From Candidatus Omnitrophota bacterium (GTDB taxonomy: Bacteria > Omnitrophota > Gorgyraeia > JABMRG01 > JAFGKX01): a stretch of 64,000 nt of DNA. The stretch is taken from assembly GCA_043797125.1 (NCBI GenBank), contig JAZDPX010000012.1:24376-88375 (forward strand), written 5' to 3'. Below are positions 30,583-38,850 of the stretch, piece by piece (the first letter of the stretch is position 1; every line of letters begins with the position of its first letter). The notes under the pieces were generated by a model. It had not been told where the DNA came from. It saw nothing but the letters and a program-made list of their open reading frames with translations, and made no database searches. The translations under genes were made by a program, and so were the position numbers.

Positions 30583-30807
30583 AGTTCGGCTTTTGCAATG
30601 TTTGGTGCTAAATCCTTTTAGCTTTTGCGTGCCTGCCTTCGCTTGTCGCTCGCAAAAAGGATCGTTTCGCCTTCGGCGAAAGGCGCTTTTTGCTCGCTGT
30701 GGCAAAAATCGCTCACTTCTCGCTTAGGTTTTCGCGATTTTTGACAGTCGCTCCGGCAGGACACGCAAAAGCTTTTTTAATGTACCTCGCATTGCAGAAA
30801 CCTCACT
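30583..30807. mobile_element. MITE-like palindromic element, family A copy 1
   Basis: Ends GTTCGGCTTTTGCAATGTTTGGTGC / GTACCTCGCATTGCAGAAACCTCAC shared with 36431-36611; interior is nested hairpins. Confidence 0.7.
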
Positions 30808-30816
30808 TAGATGAAT

Positions 30817-30878
30817 TAGGGTCAGGGCTCAATAATCAACAAAAATTGTAAAATGTTGAAAATTGAGATCAGGCCCTA
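30817..30878. repeat. Imperfect palindrome
   Basis: TAGGGTCAGGGCTCAAT..TCAACA / TGTTGA..ATTGAGATCAGGCCCTA. Confidence 0.55.
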
Positions 30879-30992
30879 TATTTCACAGAAAAGAGGCAAG
30901 ATATGGCAATTGTAAGATCTATTGTGTGCTTTGACAAGAATTTTCAGCTAGTCGTAAGCGTATTGATAGCAGTGCTTGCTTTCATTTATAGC

Positions 30993-31021
30993 TTGACAAA
31001 TGTCTTTACTTATGATATTCT
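30993..31021 (+). promoter_or_regulatory. Putative sigma70 promoter of the HAD gene
   Basis: TTGACA-17 nt-TATTCT with TGn. Confidence 0.5.
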
Positions 31022-31135
31022 TTATATAAGTCTATATAAAATAACAAAAGGAAGACCGCTTTTATATTATTACTAATTTATGATTTTAGTATTAACGGGG
31101 CAAAGACAAAAAAGATATTTTTAAATTACAAAGCC

Positions 31136-32092
31136 ATGAAGCAAGTTTTGATGATTATTGCAATAATCTGTTTTTGTTGGTCGCAAACGATTTGGGCAAT
31201 TGAAGTCGACGGTTATAGTTTAAGACCCATTGCAACCTCTCTTGCGCCAAACGAAACCATCCCCCAACCAGGAGCTGAATCTTCTTTGTCCCATCTTGAA
31301 CATTTAATCCCTTATTTAACCAGCGAAAAAGCGGATACGCGCACAGAAGCAACAGCCATAGTGAGAGCTGCCGTTGCTAAGATCAAAAACGTTAAAGCTA
31401 TTGCTTTTGACTTTGCTGGAGTAGTATCTCTGGATGGGATATCTGTCACTCTGCGAACATTAAAAGACCGGCTTGGTATCGATTATGATAAATTAGAGGA
31501 TGTATTTTTTGGGTCAGAATATTTTGAATGGACCGCGGGAAAATTGACGAAAGACGAATTTTGGCAAAAGATTCGCGACAGACTTAGGAATGAACAGCAC
31601 GTTGACTTATTCGGGTTCATGCCAAAAGACGAGATTGAAAAACTTTGGTTTGGGGCATATGTGATAATGCCGGGGATGGTGGAATTGATAAGAAACTTAA
31701 AAGATCGCGGATATAAAGTTATACTATTTACCAACAATGCCAAAGAAAAATTTGGTTACGCAATGGAAAAATATAGGCTTGATGACCTATTTGATTGTAT
31801 TTTAAATACCGCGGATATTAACTGTACCAAAAAGGACAAAGAAAGCTATGAAAAACTTGTAGAGAAATCGGGGGTTCAGCCTGAAGAAATATTATTTGTA
31901 GATGATAAAAAAGTTTTTTTTGAACACCCTAACAATATGGGTATATTGACACTCGAATATTCTTGTATGATCAGTTGCGTGCCCCTTAAAGATAATTCTG
32001 TGATTGCAGAACTCTTAAACGGAAAAATAAGCGGGTTAATATCTCAAGGAGATTACAGAAGAATCGCTGAATCTATAGGCGCTGCTGCCTGA
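31136..32092 (+). CDS. HAD-superfamily phosphatase with N-terminal signal peptide
   Basis: Signal-like MKQVLMIIAIICFCWSQTIWA; motifs AFDFAGV, FTNN, K, LFVDD. Confidence 0.8.
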   Translation: MKQVLMIIAIICFCWSQTIWAIEVDGYSLRPIATSLAPNETIPQPGAESSLSHLEHLIPYLTSEKADTRTEATAIVRAAVAKIKNVKAIAFDFAGVVSLDGISVTLRTLKDRLGIDYDKLEDVFFGSEYFEWTAGKLTKDEFWQKIRDRLRNEQHVDLFGFMPKDEIEKLWFGAYVIMPGMVELIRNLKDRGYKVILFTNNAKEKFGYAMEKYRLDDLFDCILNTADINCTKKDKESYEKLVEKSGVQPEEILFVDDKKVFFEHPNNMGILTLEYSCMISCVPLKDNSVIAELLNGKISGLISQGDYRRIAESIGAAA

Positions 32093-32164
32093 CCCTTACG
32101 AGTACGTACCGTTTACCGACTCAATTGGTAACCTGTTCTTACCTTAAGCTTATAACTGTCCCCC

Positions 32165-32190
32165 GGATTCCCGCTTGCGCGGGAATGACA
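32165..32190. repeat. REP/dRS3-like palindrome (right copy)
   Basis: GGATTCCCGCTTGCGCGGGAATGACA contains ATTCCC-N8-GGGAAT. Confidence 0.8.
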
Positions 32191-32221
32191 AACCTTAAAA
32201 GGTTTGTCATTTTTTTATGGA

Positions 32222-32257
32222 AATCGTCAACCCAACCTGCTACAATAGTTGACAATT
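32222..32257. promoter_or_regulatory. BirA-type biotin operator overlapping an extended -10 element
   Basis: AATCGTCAAC-16 nt-GTTGACAATT directly before the bioB ATG; TGcTACAAT in the spacer. Confidence 0.75.
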
Positions 32258-33184
32258 ATGGAAACCGCCTCAAAAACCACAAAAAACCAGCTCCTTGAGC
32301 TGGAGCTTTCCGAGCTTTTACTTAGAGCCAATAGGATAAGGCAGCAATTTATAGCTGACAGAGTAGAGCTTTGCAGTATTACGAACGCCAAAAGCGGCTT
32401 ATGCAACGAGGACTGTAAATTCTGCGCCCAGGTATCACGCTACAAAGCCGCAAAACAGACGTATCCCCTTAAAAGCGTAAAAGAGATAGTAGCGGCCGCA
32501 AAAACTGCCAAATGCGCAGGCGCAGGAAGGTTCGGTATTGTAACAAGCGGCAACCGCCTGAACGCAAAAGAGCTGGGCGATATAGCGGCTGCAATATCAA
32601 AAATTAAAAATGAAGTTAATATTATTGTTTGCGCATCCTTAGGTGCCCTTAATGAAAATGAGCTGAAAAAATTAAAAGACGCAGGGCTTTCGCGTTATCA
32701 TCACAATATCGAGACATCCGAAAGGTTCTACCCGAACATCGTCTCTACGCATAGTTTTAAAGAGCGCATAGATACAATAAGGGCCGCCAAGCAAGCAGGC
32801 TTAGAGGTTTGCAGCGGCGGCATAATCGGCATGGGTGAGAGCTGGCAGGATAGAATTGATATGGCGCGCACTTTAAAAAAATTAAATGTGGATTCTGTGC
32901 CCTTAAACCTGCTTGTGCCTATAAAAGGGACGCCTTTGGAATTTATTGAGCCTATTTCCTGCAAAGATGCAATCAGGGCAATAGCTATTTTTAGAATCAT
33001 ATTAAAGGACAAGACCTTAAAGATAGCCGCAGGAAGAGAAAGCGTTTTAAAGGATTTTCAGACCTTAGGATTTTTAGCAGGCGCTAATGGAATGATTATA
33101 GGTGGTTATCTTACTGTTAAAGGCAATCCCCTGCAGGATGATTACAAACTTATAGAACAAGTAAAATCTTTATGGAGCAAATAA
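32258..33184 (+). CDS. bioB: Biotin synthase
   Basis: CNEDCKFC radical SAM motif, YHHNIET, CSGGIIGMGE, SVPLN, AAGRE, YLT. Confidence 0.95.
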   Translation: METASKTTKNQLLELELSELLLRANRIRQQFIADRVELCSITNAKSGLCNEDCKFCAQVSRYKAAKQTYPLKSVKEIVAAAKTAKCAGAGRFGIVTSGNRLNAKELGDIAAAISKIKNEVNIIVCASLGALNENELKKLKDAGLSRYHHNIETSERFYPNIVSTHSFKERIDTIRAAKQAGLEVCSGGIIGMGESWQDRIDMARTLKKLNVDSVPLNLLVPIKGTPLEFIEPISCKDAIRAIAIFRIILKDKTLKIAAGRESVLKDFQTLGFLAGANGMIIGGYLTVKGNPLQDDYKLIEQVKSLWSK

Positions 33185-34326
33185 ACCAGTTTTTAAAAGA
33201 GGCAGAAGAAAACGGCCTTTTAAGAATCCTGCACCCGGCAGATTACAGAAGAAACGGCGTGATTTGCATTGAAGGCAGAGAATATGCTGATTTTTCATCC
33301 AATGATTATCTTGGCTTATCGCATCATGCTTATATAAAAAGCGCCTCATGCAATATTATAGAAAAACTCGGCGCCTCATCAAGCGCATCCAGATTATTAA
33401 GCGGAAGCTTAACGCTTCACAGCGAACTTGAAGACAGAACCGCCTCTTTTAAAGGCAAGGAAGCAGCTCTTATTTTTAATAGCGGCTATCAGGCAAACAT
33501 AGGGATAATAAGTTCGTTGTGCTCAAGGGGCGATGTTGTCTTCACCGACAAGCTAAGCCACGCGAGCATAATCGATGGGGTATTGTTATCCGGGGCGAAA
33601 CTTTTTAGGTTTCTGCATAATGACGCAGGGAGTCTTGAATCTTTATTAAAAACGCACAGGCAAAAATTTAAAAACGCCCTGATAATAACAGAAACAGTTT
33701 TCAGCATGGATGGGGACATAGCGCCTTTGAAAGACTTAGTAAGCATAAAAGAAGAATACAACTGCCAAATCATGATTGATGAAGCTCATGCAACAGGCGT
33801 ATTCGGCGATAGTGGCTCAGGGATTGCGGAAAAGGAGAATTTAACAGATTCCATAGATTTGATTATGGGGACATTCAGCAAGGCCCTCGGAAGCTTCGGT
33901 GCCTATTTGGCTTGCTCAAAAAATATAAAAGATTATTTAATAAATACATCAAGAAGCTTTATATATTCCACCGCATTGCCACCCTCGGTTATAGCGGCAA
34001 ATTTGGCCAGCCTTGAGTTAATTAAAAAGGAGCCGTTTAGAAGGCGGGAACTTTTGCAGAAAGCGTCATATTTTAGAAATGAATTATCAAGCCTCAGGCT
34101 TACAGTAAAAGGCTCTTCGCAAATAATACCTTTAATTGTTAAGGACAGCCGTAAGGCAGTAAAAATCAGCAGCCTCCTTAAAGAGAAAGGCTTCTGGGCG
34201 CCTGCCATAAGGCCGCCTACGGTCCCTGCCAATGAAGCGCGAATAAGGTTTTCCTTAAGTTATTGCCACACAAAAGATGTATTGGATAGGCTTATCAATG
34301 ATATCTATGAAATCAACGAATTTTAA
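33172..34326 (+). CDS. bioF: 8-amino-7-oxononanoate synthase
   Basis: SSNDYLGL, SGYQAN, HASIIDG, FSMDGD, DEAH, TFSKALG, IRPPTVP. Confidence 0.95.
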   Translation: MEQINQFLKEAEENGLLRILHPADYRRNGVICIEGREYADFSSNDYLGLSHHAYIKSASCNIIEKLGASSSASRLLSGSLTLHSELEDRTASFKGKEAALIFNSGYQANIGIISSLCSRGDVVFTDKLSHASIIDGVLLSGAKLFRFLHNDAGSLESLLKTHRQKFKNALIITETVFSMDGDIAPLKDLVSIKEEYNCQIMIDEAHATGVFGDSGSGIAEKENLTDSIDLIMGTFSKALGSFGAYLACSKNIKDYLINTSRSFIYSTALPPSVIAANLASLELIKKEPFRRRELLQKASYFRNELSSLRLTVKGSSQIIPLIVKDSRKAVKISSLLKEKGFWAPAIRPPTVPANEARIRFSLSYCHTKDVLDRLINDIYEINEF

Positions 34327-35848
34327 ATACATAAACAGGAATAAAGAGAGCACAATGGTTTTTGTGCCCGGCTGGGCAACTGATTACAGGATTTTTGATT
34401 CGCTAAAGCAGGATTGCAACTGCCTGATCCCTGAGAGTTTTCACCCGTTCGATTTTAAAGAGCGTCTTTTGAATGCGTTAAAAAAAAATAGCATAGAAAG
34501 GCTCTCGCTTTTTGGATTTTCGCTCGGTGGTTTTGTCGCAGCGGAATTTGCTTTTGAATTTCCAAAGCTGGTAGATGAGCTTGTGTTGGTAGGCATAAGA
34601 AAAAGATACGACCCCTTGGCGATAGAGACGATAAAACAAAAGCTTCTAAAAAACAAAAACGCCTTTTTGTACACATTTTACAGTCAGTGTTTTTATAATA
34701 AAGACGCCTTTTCCTTTTTTAAGAAGAATTTGCTCAAAATTTATTGCGATTGTATGGAGCTGGATTACCTGCTTGAAACTTTGGAGTATCTAAAAAATTC
34801 TAGAATAACATCCCAGATGCTGAAAGCAATAAAGAGCGTAAAAATCATGCACGGAGAATTTGACGCAATAGCCCCGATAGAAGAGGCCAGGGATATAGCA
34901 CGCAGCTTAAACAATGCAGAGTTCGCATGCCTACAAAACGAAGGCCACATCCCCTACAGCTGGAGACGCTTACCAAATTGTTCGGGAAAGTGTCCCAAAA
35001 TTGTTCGGGAAAGTGTTCCCGTCTTGTTCGGGAAACAGTTTCCTGAACAGATCAGAAAGCGTTTCCCGAGCAAGTTGGAAAACGTCTCGATGAACAAAGA
35101 AGCTATAAGAAGGAATTTTTCGAAATACGCAGGATATTATGATCAATACTGCAATATACAGAATGCCTGCGCGCAAGAACTCATAGGAAAATTAAACGGC
35201 GCTCATTTCAATAATATTCTTGATATCGGCTGCGGAACAGGAAACTACACTAAATTTTTAAGGGAAAAATTTCCAAAGGCCGCAATAAAGGCGATAGACA
35301 TCTCGGAAAACATGATAGAAATAGCGAAGCTTAAATTATCGGGCGATAATATAGAATTTATCGTTGCCGATGCGGAGACAATAGACCTTGACGCTGGGTT
35401 TGACCTTTTAAGCTCAAACGCTTCCTTGCAATGGTTTGAAAACCTAGAAAGCGCTCTTATAAAATATAAGGAATTACTGGCAGCAGGAGGCGTCGCGCTG
35501 TTTTCTGTATTCGGGCCCAACACTTTTCATGAGCTGGATGAGTCCCTGAAGCAGGTATTCGGCAAAAGTAAAAGCATAAGTTCCTATAATTTTCTGGAAA
35601 AAAGAAAAATAGAGGCTGTCTTAAGCGGACTTTTTAATGAAATCCAGATAGAGCAAAAGATATACACCGAAAAACACGCCTCTTTGACAGACCTGCTTAA
35701 AAAAATAAAATATACAGGCACAAGAGGCAATGGCGCTCGTACGCTTTGGAGCATTGGCACATTAAGCAGGCTTGAAGACGTATATAAAAAGAAATTCAAC
35801 GATATAACAGCAACATACGAGGTGTTTTTTTGCAAAGCGGTAAAATGA
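34307..35848 (+). CDS. BioH-like alpha/beta hydrolase fused in frame to BioC malonyl-ACP O-methyltransferase (BioC part starts at ATG 35090)
   Basis: PGWATD, GFSLGG, HGEFD, GHIP; then FSKYAGYYD, ILDIGCGTG, SNASLQW; no stop between the domains; exact start uncertain. Confidence 0.8.
   Translation: MKSTNFKYINRNKESTMVFVPGWATDYRIFDSLKQDCNCLIPESFHPFDFKERLLNALKKNSIERLSLFGFSLGGFVAAEFAFEFPKLVDELVLVGIRKRYDPLAIETIKQKLLKNKNAFLYTFYSQCFYNKDAFSFFKKNLLKIYCDCMELDYLLETLEYLKNSRITSQMLKAIKSVKIMHGEFDAIAPIEEARDIARSLNNAEFACLQNEGHIPYSWRRLPNCSGKCPKIVRESVPVLFGKQFPEQIRKRFPSKLENVSMNKEAIRRNFSKYAGYYDQYCNIQNACAQELIGKLNGAHFNNILDIGCGTGNYTKFLREKFPKAAIKAIDISENMIEIAKLKLSGDNIEFIVADAETIDLDAGFDLLSSNASLQWFENLESALIKYKELLAAGGVALFSVFGPNTFHELDESLKQVFGKSKSISSYNFLEKRKIEAVLSGLFNEIQIEQKIYTEKHASLTDLLKKIKYTGTRGNGARTLWSIGTLSRLEDVYKKKFNDITATYEVFFCKAVK
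34963..35088. repeat. 126-bp palindromic element of TTGTTCGGGAAA-containing units forming the BioH-BioC linker
   Basis: Imperfect TIRs GAGACGCTTACCAAATTGTTCGGGAAA / TTTCCCGAGCAAGTTGGAAAACGTCTC; three forward and two inverted units. Confidence 0.85.
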
Positions 35849-36465
35849 AAGCTATTTTTGTTACAGGCACCGGAACAGGCGTAGGAAAGACCACTGTCTG
35901 CAGACTGCTGGAAAGATTCCTTAAGACAAATGGATACAGGACGATAACGCAGAAGTGGATCTGCACAGGCAGTAAAACCCTTCCCATAAATAAAGATAAG
36001 CAGCCTTACACATTTAAATTTCCTGCCTCGCCTCATCTTGCGGCGCGGCTCGAACGAAAATGTGTAAGTAAAAAAATAATAAAACAAAGTTTCAGGAATT
36101 TGCAGAGGCAGTTTGATTTTGTAATAGTAGAAGGCATAGGTGGGGCGCTTGTGCCTTTTAATAATAAGCAACTGGTGATAGATATTGCCAAAGAACTGAA
36201 GCTGCCAGTTTTGGTAGTAATAGATAATAAACTCGGCGCCATTAACCATGCCCTATTAACTATCGAGGCCTTGCGGCGAAGAAAGATGAACATAATAGGC
36301 CTCATCTTCAATAACCGCCGCAAGAGTCAGAACAAAATAATCTTGAATGATAATGTTGATATAATAAAAAGGCTGACAGGGAAGCGGGTGCTGGGAGTAC
36401 TGCCATTCATTCAACGGCGGGCCCTATCTCACCGTTGGTTCGGTTTTTGCAATGCTTGGTGCTGA
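35845..36465 (+). CDS. bioD: Dethiobiotin synthase
   Basis: TGTGTGVGKT, PASPHLAA, VEGIGG, LGAINH; last codons lie in a repeat. Confidence 0.9.
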   Translation: MKAIFVTGTGTGVGKTTVCRLLERFLKTNGYRTITQKWICTGSKTLPINKDKQPYTFKFPASPHLAARLERKCVSKKIIKQSFRNLQRQFDFVIVEGIGGALVPFNNKQLVIDIAKELKLPVLVVIDNKLGAINHALLTIEALRRRKMNIIGLIFNNRRKSQNKIILNDNVDIIKRLTGKRVLGVLPFIQRRALSHRWFGFCNAWC

Positions 36466-36611
36466 AATTTTTCGCCGTCCTTTTGGACTTACGGCTTGGT
36501 CGCTTACCCTATAATAAAGAATCTTAGCCGCTTCCGCGCCGTAAGTCCTAAAAGGACATTTGGCGAAAAATTTCTAATGCACCTTCGCATTGCAAAAACC
36601 TCACCAATGGT
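36431..36611. mobile_element. MITE-like palindromic element, family A copy 2
   Basis: ACCGTTGGTTCGGTTTTTGCAATGC / GCATTGCAAAAACCTCACCAATGGT arms; interior differs from copy 1 but is self-complementary. Confidence 0.72.
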
Positions 36612-36657
36612 AAATATTAGGCCGAGGGGTGTTACTTTAGAATTCGCAACTGATTAA

Positions 36658-36905
36658 AGGCTTAAGGCGTTGCCGAAAAAACAATAGCGGAGGATTTGGT
36701 ATACTTGCTTAGGAGTAGGCAAAACTTAGGAGTGCCTGCCTACCGTCAGGCAGGCAGGCTGGGGACACCGAAACTGAACCCTTGTATAGTAGGGCCGGCT
36801 TAAGCCTGCCCTACTATCAGTAGGTGAATTTCGGAGGGGCCCCAGCCGAACGACTATAGTTTTGCCCAAATCCGAAGCGTGTTTTTGAGGCAATGCCTTA
36901 AGCCT
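36658..36905 (+). mobile_element. ~250-bp palindromic element, family B copy 1
   Basis: TIR AGGCTTAAGGC..GCCTTAAGCCT; aligns end to end with the reverse complement of 38296-38541. Confidence 0.85.
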
Positions 36906-36949
36906 ATTAATGTAGCTCAAATTGCAAAAGCCTCAACTTAGGTGATAAT

Positions 36950-38296
36950 ATGAATACGTGGATAGAGAAGGATCTCAAGTACGTTTGGCATCCGTATACC
37001 CAAATGAAGGATTGCAAGAAACTCCCGCCTATTCTGATCGAGCGGGCAAAGGGTATTAAGCTCTACGATAACAAAGGTAATTTTTACTACGATACCATCT
37101 CAAGCTGGTGGTGCAATGTCCACGGGCATAACCATCCCAAAGTAAAAGCGGCGATTAAAAGGCAGCTGGATTTATTTGAGCACGTGATGTTTGCCGGCTT
37201 TACGCATAAGCCCGCCATTATGCTGGCAGAAGAACTTATCCGCATTTCTCCCGAATCCCTGACAAAGGTGTTTTTTTCAGATAACGGCTCAACAGCTGTT
37301 GAGACAGCGCTTAAAATGTCTTTTCAATATTGGCATAACACAGGCAAAAGCAAAAAGACAAAATTTCTTTCCTTAGATTACGGGTATCACGGCGACACAA
37401 TAGCGACGATGAGCGTAAGCAGCGTTGATTTGTTCAATATAAAATATAAAGCGCTTATGTTTAACTCGTACAAGGCGAGTTCGCCTTACTGCTATCGCTG
37501 CCCCGTAGGAAAAAATCGCAATAATTGCAGTATAGAGTGCATAGGTTCGCTGGAAACCGCGCTTAAAAATCATAACAGCGAAATAGCCGCTGTTATATTA
37601 GAGCCACTGGTTATGGCTGCAGGCGGAATGATTATATATCCTAAAGAATATCTGGAAAAGGCAGGCGCACTTGCTGAAAAATACAATGTCCACCTGATAT
37701 TAGACGAAGTTGCAACAGGCTTTGGCAGGACAGGAAAGATGTTTGCCTGCGATTATACGGATATACAACCTGACTTTATGTGCCTGTCTAAAGGCATAAC
37801 AGCGGGTTTTCTTGCGATGGGCGCAACGTTGACTACGGATAAGATTTACAATGCCTTTTATGCGGATTATCAGAAGAAAAAGACATTTTATCACGGCCAT
37901 ACCTATACCGCTAACCCTTTATGCTGCGCAGCAGCATTAGCGAGCCTTGGTGTGTTCCGCAAAGAGTGCACTTTAGACAAAATAGACAAACTTATTCCAG
38001 TTTTTCATAAAAAGCTGGAAGGTTTTAAGAATCTTCCAGCTGTCGGAGACATCCGCTACATAGGCATGATAGGCGCTCTGGAATTAGTTAAGGATAAAAA
38101 TACCAAAGAGGCATTTGGCTTTAAAGAAAGAATAGGCCAAAAGATTTATGCCGAAGGCTTAAAAAGTGGCATTTTGTTAAGGCCGCTTGGAAATATAATT
38201 TATTTCTTCTTGCCTTTATGTATTGCAGAGCGCGAGATTAAACTCATTTTAGAAAAGTCCTATAATATACTTTCCAGAATCAGCAAATCTATTTAA
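36950..38296 (+). CDS. bioA: Adenosylmethionine-8-amino-7-oxononanoate aminotransferase
   Basis: WHPYTQM, SSWW, DNGSTAVE, YHGDT, DEVATGFGRTG, SKGIT, HGHTY, LRPLG. Confidence 0.96.
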   Translation: MNTWIEKDLKYVWHPYTQMKDCKKLPPILIERAKGIKLYDNKGNFYYDTISSWWCNVHGHNHPKVKAAIKRQLDLFEHVMFAGFTHKPAIMLAEELIRISPESLTKVFFSDNGSTAVETALKMSFQYWHNTGKSKKTKFLSLDYGYHGDTIATMSVSSVDLFNIKYKALMFNSYKASSPYCYRCPVGKNRNNCSIECIGSLETALKNHNSEIAAVILEPLVMAAGGMIIYPKEYLEKAGALAEKYNVHLILDEVATGFGRTGKMFACDYTDIQPDFMCLSKGITAGFLAMGATLTTDKIYNAFYADYQKKKTFYHGHTYTANPLCCAAALASLGVFRKECTLDKIDKLIPVFHKKLEGFKNLPAVGDIRYIGMIGALELVKDKNTKEAFGFKERIGQKIYAEGLKSGILLRPLGNIIYFFLPLCIAEREIKLILEKSYNILSRISKSI

Positions 38297-38541
38297 GGCT
38301 TAAGGCATAGCCTCAAAAACACGCTTCAGATTTGGGCAAAACTATAGTCGTTCGGCCGGGGCCCCTCCGAATTCACCTACAGATGGTAGCGCAGGCTTAA
38401 GCCTGCGCTACCATCCAAGGGTTCATTCGGTGTCCCCGGCCTGCCTGCCTGACGGTAGGCAGGCACTGCTATGTTTTGCCTACAACCAAAACAAGCGAGC
38501 CAAATCTTCCGCTATTGTTTTTTCGGCAATGTCTTAAGCCT
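38296..38541 (-). mobile_element. ~250-bp palindromic element, family B copy 2 (inverted relative to copy 1)
   Basis: Begins at the bioA stop; contains a perfect 34-bp GTAG palindrome (38382-38415) and CCTGCCTGACGGTAGGCAGG. Confidence 0.85.
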
Positions 38542-38596
38542 TCAAAGCGGAGACATTGTCAATAAGTTAGGCTTTTGCAATGTGAGGCGCATATGT

Positions 38597-38751
38597 TTAA
38601 GGCCTGTGGTAATTCGAGCAGGGCTTGCGAGGCCGAGCGGGCATGGTTCGCCCTTGTTTCCATACAGGCGAGAGCGAAGGCCGAGGTCAGAGCACAAAAA
38701 TCCACGCTGGGGATTTTTGTGCGTCCCTGCGAGAATTGCCACAGGCCTTAA
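38597..38751. mobile_element. TTAA-bounded palindromic element, family C
   Basis: TTAAGGCCTGTGGTAATTC..GAATTGCCACAGGCCTTAA; internal hairpin GCACAAAAATCC/GGATTTTTGTGC; a similar end at 30504-30520. Confidence 0.7.
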
Positions 38752-38774
38752 GCAAGTCTACTCAAATATTAAAC

Positions 38775-38802
38775 TTGACATATATTAAAGTACATATAAA
38801 AT
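38775..38802 (+). promoter_or_regulatory. Sigma70-type promoter of the rpe operon
   Basis: TTGACA-16 nt-TAAAAT. Confidence 0.6.
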
Positions 38803-38850
38803 AGCAAATATAATACTAATATTTACCCCGGCAAAGGAACAGCATATAAT

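Noticed and set aside
34963-35088. CRISPR array
   Set aside because: Units are ~22-23 bp, degenerate, partly inverted, lack unique spacers, and no cas genes are in the window
38471-38788. 105-aa and 66-aa ORFs (also 36726-36920)
   Set aside because: They lie almost entirely within palindromic elements and have no protein motifs
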